Source: a virus (Duplodnaviria > Caudoviricetes). From it: a stretch of 64,000 nt of DNA. A program made the position numbers and the translations under genes. Location: positions 19,783 to 83,782 of the IMG/VR virus record IMGVR_UViG_2681813556_000004. The stretch is one strand, 5' to 3'. Below the pieces are notes generated by a model. That model made no database searches and was not told the origin of the DNA. It was given only the letters and a program-made list of their open reading frames with translations. Position 1 is the first letter of the stretch, and every line of letters begins with the position of its first letter. Below, piece by piece: positions 1 through 8,578 of the stretch.

Positions 1-2
1 GC

Positions 3-1160
3 GGACAGACGACAGCGTCGATCCTGTACGCCAAGGATGTTGGCAAGTCGTCGCTTGAGCGGGTCCACGTGCAGATGAAGCTATCGGTGGTTTCCCCTGC
101 TGTAATTGAGCAGGTCGTGCCGAAGATTTCACGGTTCGCGAACACTCAGAACCGGATCTCGGAGGCCGACTTCTTCTCCAGCCATCCCTTCCATCTGCAA
201 ATGGAGCGTTACTCGCGCACTCTCACCGCACCGCCGCAAAACGGAGCGATGACGGGCGACAAGTGGTTTTACGAACGAGCCCGCGGCCAGTACCGTGATG
301 GCACTGCATATGCATCAGCAGCAGGAAAGAAAAAATATCAGCTGGAGTACCCCAAGGAGAAGCTCATCGAGAAGACGGACCTTGCGAAATACATACTAAG
401 TTTTGAACGTAAGCCTTACATCGTCTCACGGGGTGCCCAGAAGGCCTTCGTGGCGTTTGCCGACGAGACTGCGAAAGCTTGGAAGTCCGCTCCCACCCAG
501 TTCAACGAAACCTGGTATCGAAATGCCTGCGCAATGGCGCTGATTTTCCGCTGGACAGACAAACACGTGGCCAGCTCTGACTGGTACAAGGATGACCGGG
601 GATACAAATCTCAGACGGTAGCCTATACACTTTCCTGGATCGCCGAACAGATTGACCAGCAGGGGAAGGTAAATCTGAACTGGGGGCAAGTCTGGAACAC
701 ACAGTCAGTGCCGGACGAGCTCCAAGACCTGATCGTCTCTCTTGCCCCACAAATAGCGGCCGCCATACGACGGACGCCCGCGAACGTCCGGAACGTAGGA
801 GAATACTGCAAGTTTGAACTGTGTTGGCAGAATATAAAGGCAGCAGAATTCAACGTGCCAGTTCTGCCTGATCATCTGATGCTCGATGCAGATGAGGTGC
901 ACCGAGAGAAAAAGGAGGCGAAGTCGACCGCGATGATCGATCACGAGATCGACTTCGATGTGCTCCTTCACACTCTCATTCCCAAGGCCGAGATCATTCG
1001 CCGAGTTGCTGAACAACGTAAATTCCTGTCGCCGAAGGCCGACCGAGCCCTTCAGAAGCTTGGGTCAGGTAATTTCAATCTGGCCCGGCCGGACAAGAAT
1101 TCGATCAAGCTTCTTGTTAAGCGAATGGCGGAGGAAGGAATGCCTGTAGAAGAGATGTAG
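3..1160 (+). CDS. AIPR family (abortive infection phage resistance) protein, 5' truncated by window
   Basis: Frame is open from the window edge (GQTTASI, the tail of the AIPR NGGQT motif); contains ANTQNRISEADFFSSHPFH and WFYERARGQY, typical of AIPR. Confidence 0.85.
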   Translation, partial: GQTTASILYAKDVGKSSLERVHVQMKLSVVSPAVIEQVVPKISRFANTQNRISEADFFSSHPFHLQMERYSRTLTAPPQNGAMTGDKWFYERARGQYRDGTAYASAAGKKKYQLEYPKEKLIEKTDLAKYILSFERKPYIVSRGAQKAFVAFADETAKAWKSAPTQFNETWYRNACAMALIFRWTDKHVASSDWYKDDRGYKSQTVAYTLSWIAEQIDQQGKVNLNWGQVWNTQSVPDELQDLIVSLAPQIAAAIRRTPANVRNVGEYCKFELCWQNIKAAEFNVPVLPDHLMLDADEVHREKKEAKSTAMIDHEIDFDVLLHTLIPKAEIIRRVAEQRKFLSPKADRALQKLGSGNFNLARPDKNSIKLLVKRMAEEGMPVEEM

Positions 1161-1255
1161 TGAAACCGGTGCCGCGTTTTTATTACATTACCGGCCCAAG
1201 GTCTTCTGCGATGGACCGGCCTCGCTATTGGCCACCAAACTACATCAGCGAGAGC

Positions 1256-2851
1256 TCAAGGTACCTGCGACGGGGCATGGCGGCGCTCGGCTTTACGTTC
1301 TCTTCCGATCGACTGCCCGACCGCCAGCACGCGATGCAGCAGCTGTGCAATCTGCATTGCTAGAAACGGCGGCACGGCGTTTCCGACCTGGACATATTGT
1401 TGTGTACGATTTCCCAGAAACAGATAATCATCTGGGAAGGTCTGCAGCCTCGCTGCCTCGCGGACAGTCAGGCTGCGGCACTGCATCGGATCGGGATGGA
1501 TGAAGTAGTGGCCATCCTTGGAGATATGGCTCGTGACCGTGGTCGAAGCTTGGTCGGCCAGCTGGACCCGAAAACGGTCATTGAAGACGCCGCTGTGCCA
1601 GTTGCGGTGTTCTGGACTGAGTGCCAAGGGAAAATCGGCAGCCTTCGGGCTGTAGCCACGGACGGTGCCGAAAACGGCTGCGAACAGGTAGCGGCCGAGA
1701 TCTGAAGCCATGTGCCCACGCGTCTCGTGCTGGGCAATCGCGCGCATGTTCGGCCGCTCGAGCCAACGCAGCAGTTCATCGTTCGAAGTGCCATAGCCGT
1801 CCTGCAACCATGACGCGACCCGAAGGCTCGGTGATTCGTCACTCAGTCCCCTTGAAACGCCAAGGAACGCTTCACGGAGCGCGCTGTCGTCCTTCCCCTT
1901 GCAGATGCCAGCGAGCAACTTCGCGGCGTCGGTGACCTCCCTTCGCCATGCAGCCACGTCATCGAGGCCGCGGCTGATGCCGCTGCGCAGGGCGGGCAAC
2001 GTTCCAATTGCATCGCCGACTGTCCGCGCCATACCCAACACGGCGACCTCGGCATCAGCGGCCTTGCGCGCGAGGTCGGACCGGATCCCGACAATGATCA
2101 CCCGATGGCGCCGCTGCGGAACTCCGAATGCCTCGGCGCGCACGATGAAGTCCGCAGGCTGTGTCGCCTCTTGCAGGCTGGCCTTGCCATTCTGGATCCG
2201 GACGGCGCGCAGTTCGTATTGATGGCCGTGGCCAGTGCCGAGTGAGGACAGGTCCTCCATGAGCATCTCGAAGACAAGGCGGCTCTCGACCGTCGAGGAC
2301 AGCATACCCTTGACGTTCTCCATCACGAAGGCGGCTGGGCGAAGCCTGTCGAGCACCCGGATGTACTCGCGAAACAGGTAATGCCGCGCATCCTCCTCGG
2401 GGACATAGCCGACCTTGCCCTTGGAGCGGGCGCGCCCCACCAGGGAATAGGCCTGACAGGGCGGGCCGCCGATCAGGATTGTGTCGTCGTATTTGTCCTT
2501 CAGCTCTACAATCGCACCATCGATGGCGCTTGCCGCATGCTCAGTGCCAAGCTCGAGCGCGCGGGCTTCGTCGATGGCATGCCGCCACGCCTCAGTGTCG
2601 ACGGCTGACCAGTCCGGTTCGGAGGTAAGTCCTGCGTGGAAATCGATGAACTGCTTGGGCAATGCATCATGACGCGCACGATAGTCGCGCAGGAACGCCC
2701 GTAGCGTAAGGGTCCGATGAGCGGATGCTTCCTTTTCGACCGAAATGCCGATCCGGAACGGCGCATGGCCGTCCTCCACGAGGGAAGCGAAGCCCTCGCC
2801 AAGTCCGCCGGGACCGGCAAACAGATCGACAATTCCGAAAGTTGAAGGCAA
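1256..2851 (-). CDS. dcm: DNA (cytosine-5)-methyltransferase
   Basis: Motifs DLFAGPGG (I), GGPPCQAYS (IV), ENV (VI), RSLTVREAARLQTFPD and QVGNAVPP (IX/X). Start set at TTG 2851 (MPSTFGIVD) with AGGAG upstream, rather than 2983. Confidence 0.95.
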   Translation of the reverse strand: MPSTFGIVDLFAGPGGLGEGFASLVEDGHAPFRIGISVEKEASAHRTLTLRAFLRDYRARHDALPKQFIDFHAGLTSEPDWSAVDTEAWRHAIDEARALELGTEHAASAIDGAIVELKDKYDDTILIGGPPCQAYSLVGRARSKGKVGYVPEEDARHYLFREYIRVLDRLRPAAFVMENVKGMLSSTVESRLVFEMLMEDLSSLGTGHGHQYELRAVRIQNGKASLQEATQPADFIVRAEAFGVPQRRHRVIIVGIRSDLARKAADAEVAVLGMARTVGDAIGTLPALRSGISRGLDDVAAWRREVTDAAKLLAGICKGKDDSALREAFLGVSRGLSDESPSLRVASWLQDGYGTSNDELLRWLERPNMRAIAQHETRGHMASDLGRYLFAAVFGTVRGYSPKAADFPLALSPEHRNWHSGVFNDRFRVQLADQASTTVTSHISKDGHYFIHPDPMQCRSLTVREAARLQTFPDDYLFLGNRTQQYVQVGNAVPPFLAMQIAQLLHRVLAVGQSIGRERKAERRHAPSQVP

Positions 2852-2918
2852 ATCAGGCTCCTGACGAGTTTCATTCAGCCGGTGTATACCAGGTTCAGGG
2901 ACGAAGACCAGGACGGAT

Positions 2919-3416
2919 ATGACCGATATCGTGGACCAGCAAACCCGTTCCCGGATGATGTCGGGAATACGGGGAAAGAACACGAAGCCCGAGCTGGCTC
3001 TCAGGCGGGCATTGCACGCGCGCGGCTTTCGCTTCCGGCTTCATTCCGGAAAGGTTCACGGGCGGCCGGACCTCGTTCTTCCGAAGCATCGCGCCGTGGT
3101 CTTCGTACACGGCTGCTTCTGGCATCGCCACGAGGGCTGTCGCTACACGACCAGCCCATCGACCCGGCCGGAGTTCTGGCAGACAAAGTTCGAGGCAAAC
3201 ATCGCTCGGGACAGCGCCGTGCGTACGACACTTCTGGAAGACGGATGGCGCGTAGCGACGATTTGGGAGTGCGCCCTGCGGAAGCCTACACAGATAAGCG
3301 CCACAACCGATCTTCTCGCAGCCTGGCTGCCCATGGCGCCTGTCACCATTGAGATCGGTGAGAGCGACATACTGCATGGCGGGATCATCGCCACCGGTGG
3401 GGATCGCGGCGGCTGA
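2919..3416 (+). CDS. vsr: Very short patch repair endonuclease
   Basis: MTDIVDQQTRSRMMSGIRGKNTKPE, GRPDLV, FVHGCFWHRH, GWRVATIWEC; divergent from dcm. Confidence 0.95.
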   Translation: MTDIVDQQTRSRMMSGIRGKNTKPELALRRALHARGFRFRLHSGKVHGRPDLVLPKHRAVVFVHGCFWHRHEGCRYTTSPSTRPEFWQTKFEANIARDSAVRTTLLEDGWRVATIWECALRKPTQISATTDLLAAWLPMAPVTIEIGESDILHGGIIATGGDRGG

Positions 3417-3449
3417 ACGGTCAACTCGCGCTGCGCCGACCTAGATAAT

Positions 3450-3464
3450 GTTCGATTTCAGTTC
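3450..3464. promoter_or_regulatory. Possible alphaproteobacterial LexA box
   Basis: GTTC-GATTTCA-GTTC in an intergenic region; no obvious target gene, and about 2 such matches are expected by chance in 64 kb. Confidence 0.25.
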
Positions 3465-3711
3465 CTTTTCGAAGCGCGACCCTGAAATCGAAGTGTTCAG
3501 AAGGCAGGAGATTAACTGACGCTATTTCAATGGCTTCTGATAAATTCACCAAAGCGGCGCAGTCATCAGCTCCGGAGAATATCGGCCCTTAGAGACCGCT
3601 TTCGTCCCTCGCGGCACACGGACCGGTTAACAGCCTCTCCCGCATAACCCTCGAAAACAACGAGAAAATCCGGCCGCAGCCGGATCGGGAGAACGCTTTC
3701 GCGAGGGCAAG

Positions 3712-3732
3712 TGGCGGACAGTGAGTCCGCCA
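3712..3732. other. Putative att junction (island/prophage boundary)
   Basis: Perfect 8-bp inverted repeat TGGCGGAC-AGTGA-GTCCGCCA; each arm resembles a tRNA 3' end (GTCCGCCA); followed by an AT-rich tract and tandem repeats. Confidence 0.45.
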
Positions 3733-3777
3733 ATGACGCAATCAACAATAATAAAATCAATTACTTAGACCGAAATA

Positions 3778-3813
3778 GCGTATCAGAATGTGTATCAAAT
3801 TGCGAATCAAATA
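3778..3813. repeat. Three tandem 12-bp repeats, candidate integrase arm-type sites
   Basis: GCGTATCAGAAT / GTGTATCAAATT / GCGAATCAAATA at an exact 12-bp period. Confidence 0.6.
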
Positions 3814-4000
3814 TTGGCCGCCAAATACCCTGTCGATTCTGCGGCAAAGCCCGGCGAATACTATATGACGATCTGACCTTTCCAGTACCAGGCCTCCGGC
3901 TGGCACCCTGCGAATGCATGGGCCTGAATGACGCACAGACCGAGCAGGTGATCGCCGCGTTGCGTGATCGTCCGAGGCATCCTGCTACGGGGATAGGCGA

Positions 4001-4261
4001 ATGATGCATCAGGCCGAGGCTATCCTGAACGCGCATCTGCGCGATCCAAGCAGCACGGTTGCCAGCGTGGGTGTCTGCTACGCGCTGTGCATCGGAGCCC
4101 GCCCACAGTTCAGCCCGGCAGAATGGCTCCGCATCCACGACGCCATTCGTGCGCGGTTCAATCCGAAAGACCACGCGGCATGGCTCAAGTTGCGCAACAG
4201 GATCAACGGAGCCGGATGGCGACTCGTGGGGGCGGTGATCCAGGGGGACGAAAATGGCTGA
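4001..4261 (+). CDS. Phage hypothetical protein
   Basis: 86-aa ORF in a coupled string of small + strand genes. Confidence 0.7.
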   Translation: MMHQAEAILNAHLRDPSSTVASVGVCYALCIGARPQFSPAEWLRIHDAIRARFNPKDHAAWLKLRNRINGAGWRLVGAVIQGDENG

Positions 4262-4300
4262 CCCCCTGAAAACCTGTGCCGACAAATATGGAGACGAAGA

Positions 4301-4789
4301 ATGACCCACCCCGTCAACCCCACCCCCGAGGACATCGCGGCGCTGCTGGAAGAACTGCGCACAATCGGGTGCCATGCGAACGGCGACGCGCGATGCACCT
4401 GTGGGATCGGACAGAATGCCGCTGATCTGATCCAATATTTGATGACCGAACGCGACGAGGCCCTTCGTCGCGCTGAACGATCAGAGCGCAACGAGGGGTG
4501 CAGAGAGGTGGCGGATATGCCGGGATGGCGCGCCATCGAGAGCGCGCCAGGGGTGAATGACGGGGAGTTCCTGATTGTCGGAATGAATGACAACGGCCCC
4601 GGCCACCCGAAAATATGGGATTACGCTGTGGTCTGGCGAGAAGCCGGCGGGTTCGGGATGGGTGTTGATGAAGATGGGGGGAGCGTGCCCCCATTCATTG
4701 AGGAAATCACCCACTGGATGGCGTTGCCGACGCCCCCATCAGGCTATAACGCCATCCTCGCAACGCAGGATCCGAAGGTAGAGGAGTGA
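4301..4789 (+). CDS. Phage early protein with DUF551-like C-terminus
   Basis: GWRAIESAP...ITHWMALPTPP pattern typical of DUF551-type phage domains; GGAG RBS. Confidence 0.75.
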   Translation: MTHPVNPTPEDIAALLEELRTIGCHANGDARCTCGIGQNAADLIQYLMTERDEALRRAERSERNEGCREVADMPGWRAIESAPGVNDGEFLIVGMNDNGPGHPKIWDYAVVWREAGGFGMGVDEDGGSVPPFIEEITHWMALPTPPSGYNAILATQDPKVEE

Positions 4790-4923
4790 CTGGCAACATC
4801 GAAAAGGCGGCCTGGATCATATTCTACGGAATTGCCCTGCACGGATGCTTCTCAAACGTGCAAACCGTCAGGATCAAGGCCGCGCCCTCGCTTGTGCCGA
4901 TCAAGGTGAGAGTCGTGCCATGA
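4786..4923 (+). CDS. 45-aa hydrophobic small protein (not in ORF track)
   Basis: GTG start overlapping the upstream stop (GTGA), GAGGA RBS, MTGNIEKAAWIIFYGIALHGCF...; stop overlaps the next ATG. Confidence 0.5.
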   Translation: MTGNIEKAAWIIFYGIALHGCFSNVQTVRIKAAPSLVPIKVRVVP

Positions 4924-5258
4924 GCAGGCTAGTGAAACCCGGTCCGATGCTGGATCGTTGCTATTGGGCAATGGGGGAGGATGGGTTCTCCATCCTCATT
5001 CCCGGCTGCTGGAACCGGGTGCATGATCCCGACGCCGCCTGTACCTGCGGGGAATGGGACGAGGATACAGCACGTGAAACGATCCGCGGGCTGGAACGCC
5101 ATGTCTATGCTGTTCGCCACGAGAACGAAAAGCTGCGCGCCATCCTGCGCAGGGCTGGCATCCCCGATCCGACGCGGCAGTACGATTGGAAGGCGGAGAA
5201 CGCCCGGCAGCGCAGGAGGAGGATGCATCTCTCCATCAACGGTGAGGATTGCGGATAG
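4920..5258 (+). CDS. Phage hypothetical protein (Cys-rich N-terminus, coiled-coil C-terminus)
   Basis: MSRLVKPGPMLDRCYW...CTCGEW...; ATGA coupling. Confidence 0.65.
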   Translation: MSRLVKPGPMLDRCYWAMGEDGFSILIPGCWNRVHDPDAACTCGEWDEDTARETIRGLERHVYAVRHENEKLRAILRRAGIPDPTRQYDWKAENARQRRRRMHLSINGEDCG

Positions 5259-5473
5259 GCGGGTAGGGAGGCGTTGTGGCCTTCACTGCCCTATTGACTA
5301 CGCTCCGCATGGTGATGATGATTATATGCGAGATATGGACGATGGACGTAGGATCAAAAGGTGGGGGGACGACTTCGAATTCGCGACGTCATGTACCGAC
5401 TGTCCGGATTAAATTCAGTATAAATTCACGTACCCTAAAAGGTTGGCATCGACAGAGATCGTAGGAGGAATAC

Positions 5474-5758
5474 TTGAAAATATTGTCTATAGGCGCGATT
5501 TACCTCATCTCCGTCACCTCCATTTCTGCGGCTAGTTGGCAATTGAAGCAATGTAGTGACTTCGCTCCTGAGATTATTGGTGTTGGTGAGAAGCTTGACG
5601 CTATCATTGATCAAGCCATCGATCTCACTTTGTCACAAGGCGTTGACATCAAGTATGTCAACGATATCTCAATGTCGGCTATGATCATTGATGACGAACT
5701 TACAAAAATTGTAAATTCAATACACCAGTTGTGTGCTGCTGTCGCAGAAGCCGAATAG
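5474..5758 (+). CDS. Small secreted protein (cargo)
   Basis: TTG start after AGGAGG; signal-peptide-like N-terminus; low GC. Confidence 0.6.
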   Translation: MKILSIGAIYLISVTSISAASWQLKQCSDFAPEIIGVGEKLDAIIDQAIDLTLSQGVDIKYVNDISMSAMIIDDELTKIVNSIHQLCAAVAEAE

Positions 5759-6126
5759 TTTTCAATTCGATCTGAAGTTATTGTGGCATGGGAGAGAGGT
5801 TTCGAGGGTAATAGACTATCTGACGGCATTGTAGCGCCGGCCGAGAACTGGAAGCACTATGTAGGCGAGCGCGCTAAACGGCTGCCGGAATCCAGCAAAC
5901 TGAAGAGCCAAAACCCCATCCGGTACCTTAACTGCTGAGCTGCTCTATGGGCGAGGATTACGAGGGGCAGGACATATTCTCGGCCACGCCTTCTGCTGCA
6001 AGAGCAGAAGGATTGCTCTCAGAGGGGGGGCTGCCGCCTGATTTGGAGTGCATAACTTGAACATATGACCGCTTGGAAGTACGTTAATAGCCAGAGGCCC
6101 GATACCTTAAGCAGAGCGGAGCAAAA

Positions 6127-6972
6127 TTGGCTGACATCGTTCTCGGGCACGCTACATCGTGCATTTATTGTGATAATGTTGAGGATGCGCGCACCAAGGA
6201 GCACCTCATTGCCGCCAGCCTAGGCGGTCGTTTTGTAGTTGAGGCAGCGTCGTGCTCGGCTTGTTGCCGATGCACTTCCTTACTAGAGCTCGGTGTGAGC
6301 CGTCGCATCTTTCACTTGGCTCGAGCATTTTACAAAATGCCCACTCGGCGCCCCAAGGAGTATCCGAAAACGGTCGCCGTGAATGTCCTCTTCGGTAAAT
6401 ATGGCCCAAAGAGGGAGGTACTGGTACCCCTATCGGACGCGCCAATTGTCATTGTCGCTCCGATTTACAGGACGGACAACAAGAAAGATGCTGAGGGGAG
6501 AATCTGGTCTCTCGGCCAGCTTGAAGTGACGCAGATCGACAGAGAGAGATTTCATGGAAGGGTAGACGCGATCCTGAGGCGGTACAAGGCGCACAGCGTC
6601 ACCATGGAATCTCTTCCATTTAAAGTCAATGGGGACTTCGAGCGAACCATATGGAAAACTGCCTATGGATTCTTCTGGTTAACAGATCGAGATAGCCTAG
6701 AGGCGTCTGCGGCAAAGGCGTTCATTTTCGGGACGACTGAATTGTACCAAGTGAGGGGCAATGAAATTTACTATCAGGATATGTTTTCTAGGAAGAGGCA
6801 AAAGCTATTGGGACATCGGGCTGCCGCGGCAGTTTACACCATGGAGGAGGAGAACCATTCGCACCTGTACTGTGAGATGAACTTCTTCGAGAAGCTGGGC
6901 CTCCCGCTTTACTATTGTCGCATCCTCAATGCGTCCGGCCAGCCATTTGAGCGTGTAAACTTCATCGACTAG
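6127..6972 (+). CDS. HNH (HNH_5-like) endonuclease-domain protein
   Basis: CIYC...KEHLIAASLGG...CSACC; low-GC cargo gene. Confidence 0.75.
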   Translation: MADIVLGHATSCIYCDNVEDARTKEHLIAASLGGRFVVEAASCSACCRCTSLLELGVSRRIFHLARAFYKMPTRRPKEYPKTVAVNVLFGKYGPKREVLVPLSDAPIVIVAPIYRTDNKKDAEGRIWSLGQLEVTQIDRERFHGRVDAILRRYKAHSVTMESLPFKVNGDFERTIWKTAYGFFWLTDRDSLEASAAKAFIFGTTELYQVRGNEIYYQDMFSRKRQKLLGHRAAAAVYTMEEENHSHLYCEMNFFEKLGLPLYYCRILNASGQPFERVNFID

Positions 6973-7212
6973 CCAGCAAGATTAGCTGATAGTTGTTCCC
7001 AACGGCATCGCATACGTTCTTATCATCTTGTCGTCCCGACCCAGCGCAAGTTTTGCCTAAGACCTGGTCCGCTTCCTTCGCATCCGAGTTACTTTTGACC
7101 GTCACCTCAGGGCTCCGAAGGGCGATTCCGTGGAAATTGCGTGAATGACTGACTAGAGGATGCTGCGGCGCCACAACTGCAGGGTGGATGAACTTCATTT
7201 CTAGGCCGAACT

Positions 7213-7833
7213 CTACCCATGAAGATCAGGTTCCAGCAGCCCCTCCCCCTCGTCCCCGATCCCGAACCGTCGCACTGGATGATGCCGCACCCGCGCCTCA
7301 GCGCCAAGCGACAGATCGTCCGCCCCACCCAGCCAAGCCTCTCGCTCGTTGGTATCAAGGATCACAGGCATCCTGTCGTGGATCGGTTCAACACTGTCAT
7401 TCGCGGCACGGGTCATGATGGTGCAGGTCAGCAAGTCGCGCCACTGGCTGATCAGGCCGGCGAACCACAGGGTGGCCTCGTTGCCATCTGACTGGAACAA
7501 ATGCGGCTGCTTGGGCGTCTTGTCGCCCGTCCATTCATAATACCCGCCTGCCGGGATCAGGCACCGACCATTCCGCCATGGGCCGCGAAAACTCGGCTTG
7601 TTGGCGGCCTCCTCGATCCGGGCGTTGATCGTGGCCGCCTTCCAGTCCTTCATCTCGCCGCGGTGCCATGCCGGGATCAGCCCCCAGCGCGCCCAGACCA
7701 GTTCCCCGTTGAGCAGCACATAGACGTCCTGCGTCGGCTTGACGTTGAACCGGCGCGGGATCGGGTTGATCTTGATCTGCGACATGTCGAATTCTGTGTT
7801 GCGCAGGTTCGGGTCCACATAGCGCCCGCACAT
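7213..7833 (-). CDS. SOS response-associated peptidase (SRAP/HMCES family, abasic-site protection)
   Basis: Start MCGRY (catalytic Cys2), RFNVKPTQ, WGLIP, INARIE, RCLIPAGGYYEW, IHDRMPVIL. Start set at 7833. Confidence 0.93.
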   Translation of the reverse strand: MCGRYVDPNLRNTEFDMSQIKINPIPRRFNVKPTQDVYVLLNGELVWARWGLIPAWHRGEMKDWKAATINARIEEAANKPSFRGPWRNGRCLIPAGGYYEWTGDKTPKQPHLFQSDGNEATLWFAGLISQWRDLLTCTIMTRAANDSVEPIHDRMPVILDTNEREAWLGGADDLSLGAEARVRHHPVRRFGIGDEGEGLLEPDLHG

Positions 7834-7897
7834 GATCTGCCCTCCCGATTCCTCATGCACCCTAGCACAGCGGATGTGATTTCCAGAATCGCAGGAC

Positions 7898-7912
7898 GTT
7901 CCGCATACGTTC
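7898..7912. promoter_or_regulatory. LexA (SOS) box
   Basis: GTTC-CGCATAC-GTTC (alphaproteobacterial GTTC-N7-GTTC) between the divergent SRAP and Zn-ribbon genes. Confidence 0.75.
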
Positions 7913-7915
7913 TTT

Positions 7916-8134
7916 ATGGTACTGGAGCGTGGAAGCTGGAAGGTTAGGGTTGCTTGTCGCGGTTGCGGCAAGCGTGTGGTGTTGTGGCTGGACGATATCC
8001 CGCTGTGGCTTCATGGTATGGGGTCGATCACCGAAGAGGGGCTTGCCCGGATGCGATGCCAAAACTGCGGCCAGACCCACCCTCGCACTGAGGTCTACTG
8101 GGCACAGGGGGCCTTCAAGGCACCAAAGCGATGA
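7916..8134 (+). CDS. Small Zn-ribbon protein (CxxC...CxxC)
   Basis: VACRGCGK and MRCQNCGQ motifs; immediately downstream of the LexA box. Confidence 0.7.
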   Translation: MVLERGSWKVRVACRGCGKRVVLWLDDIPLWLHGMGSITEEGLARMRCQNCGQTHPRTEVYWAQGAFKAPKR

Positions 8135-8578
8135 GGGAGTTGTCGCGCCGTGGCCATTTTGGATCTCCTATCTTGCTGCCATGCAAGCACCCCAACCGGC
8201 AGTATGGCTGGAAGGCACACAGGGTCCGCCTGGTGCTGCGCGGAGGGTGGCGTAGGTTCCGAAGGGCGGCAAGCGGGCGGCGAGTCTGCATCATAGGCTA
8301 CATCACAAGCAGACGCCCGATCGCGCTGGCCGAACAGTTTGAAGAGTCGTCAAAAGGAGCCAATCAGGGACTTTCAACGACACCGTAATGAACCGCAGTC
8401 TTCGCTCGCACGACTGAAAAGCAGATACCAACTGGCAGGACCGCGCTGTGCTTGCCGGAGGGAACTCGATATGGACTTGCAAAGCCCGAAGTACTCTGGT
8501 GAGGTAACGTCAATCAATCCTGACGCTGATCAGCAACCATACCTAAAGTAGGTCCTGTAACGTCATTTGGGAGAAATA

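Larger units (their letters stand above)
1..3710. mobile_element. Right edge of a defence/genomic island (AIPR-dcm-vsr)
   Basis: AIPR, C5 methylase and Vsr cluster ending at a junction-like palindrome at 3712; island status is inferred from gene content. Confidence 0.5.

Noticed and set aside
1160-1363. 67-aa ORF after AIPR
   Set aside because: Overlaps the 3' end of dcm on the opposite strand and has no recognisable features.
2852-2983. N-terminal extension of dcm given in the ORF track
   Set aside because: Would overlap vsr head-to-head; a TTG with a good RBS at 2851 gives a typical start.
3640-3732. Possible tRNA-Ser gene ending in GTCCGCCA
   Set aside because: Upstream sequence gives no acceptor-stem partner at tRNA distance, no T-loop GTTCGA and no cloverleaf; only the terminal 8-10 nt match.
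3711-4004. 97-aa ORF with CxxC/CxC crossing the att region
   Set aside because: Runs through the putative arm repeats with no RBS; at most the 3' part is a gene remnant.
7006-7021. 13-bp match (CGCATACGTTCTT) to the LexA-box region at 7902
   Set aside because: The first half-site is not GTTC, and 13-mers recur by chance in 64 kb.
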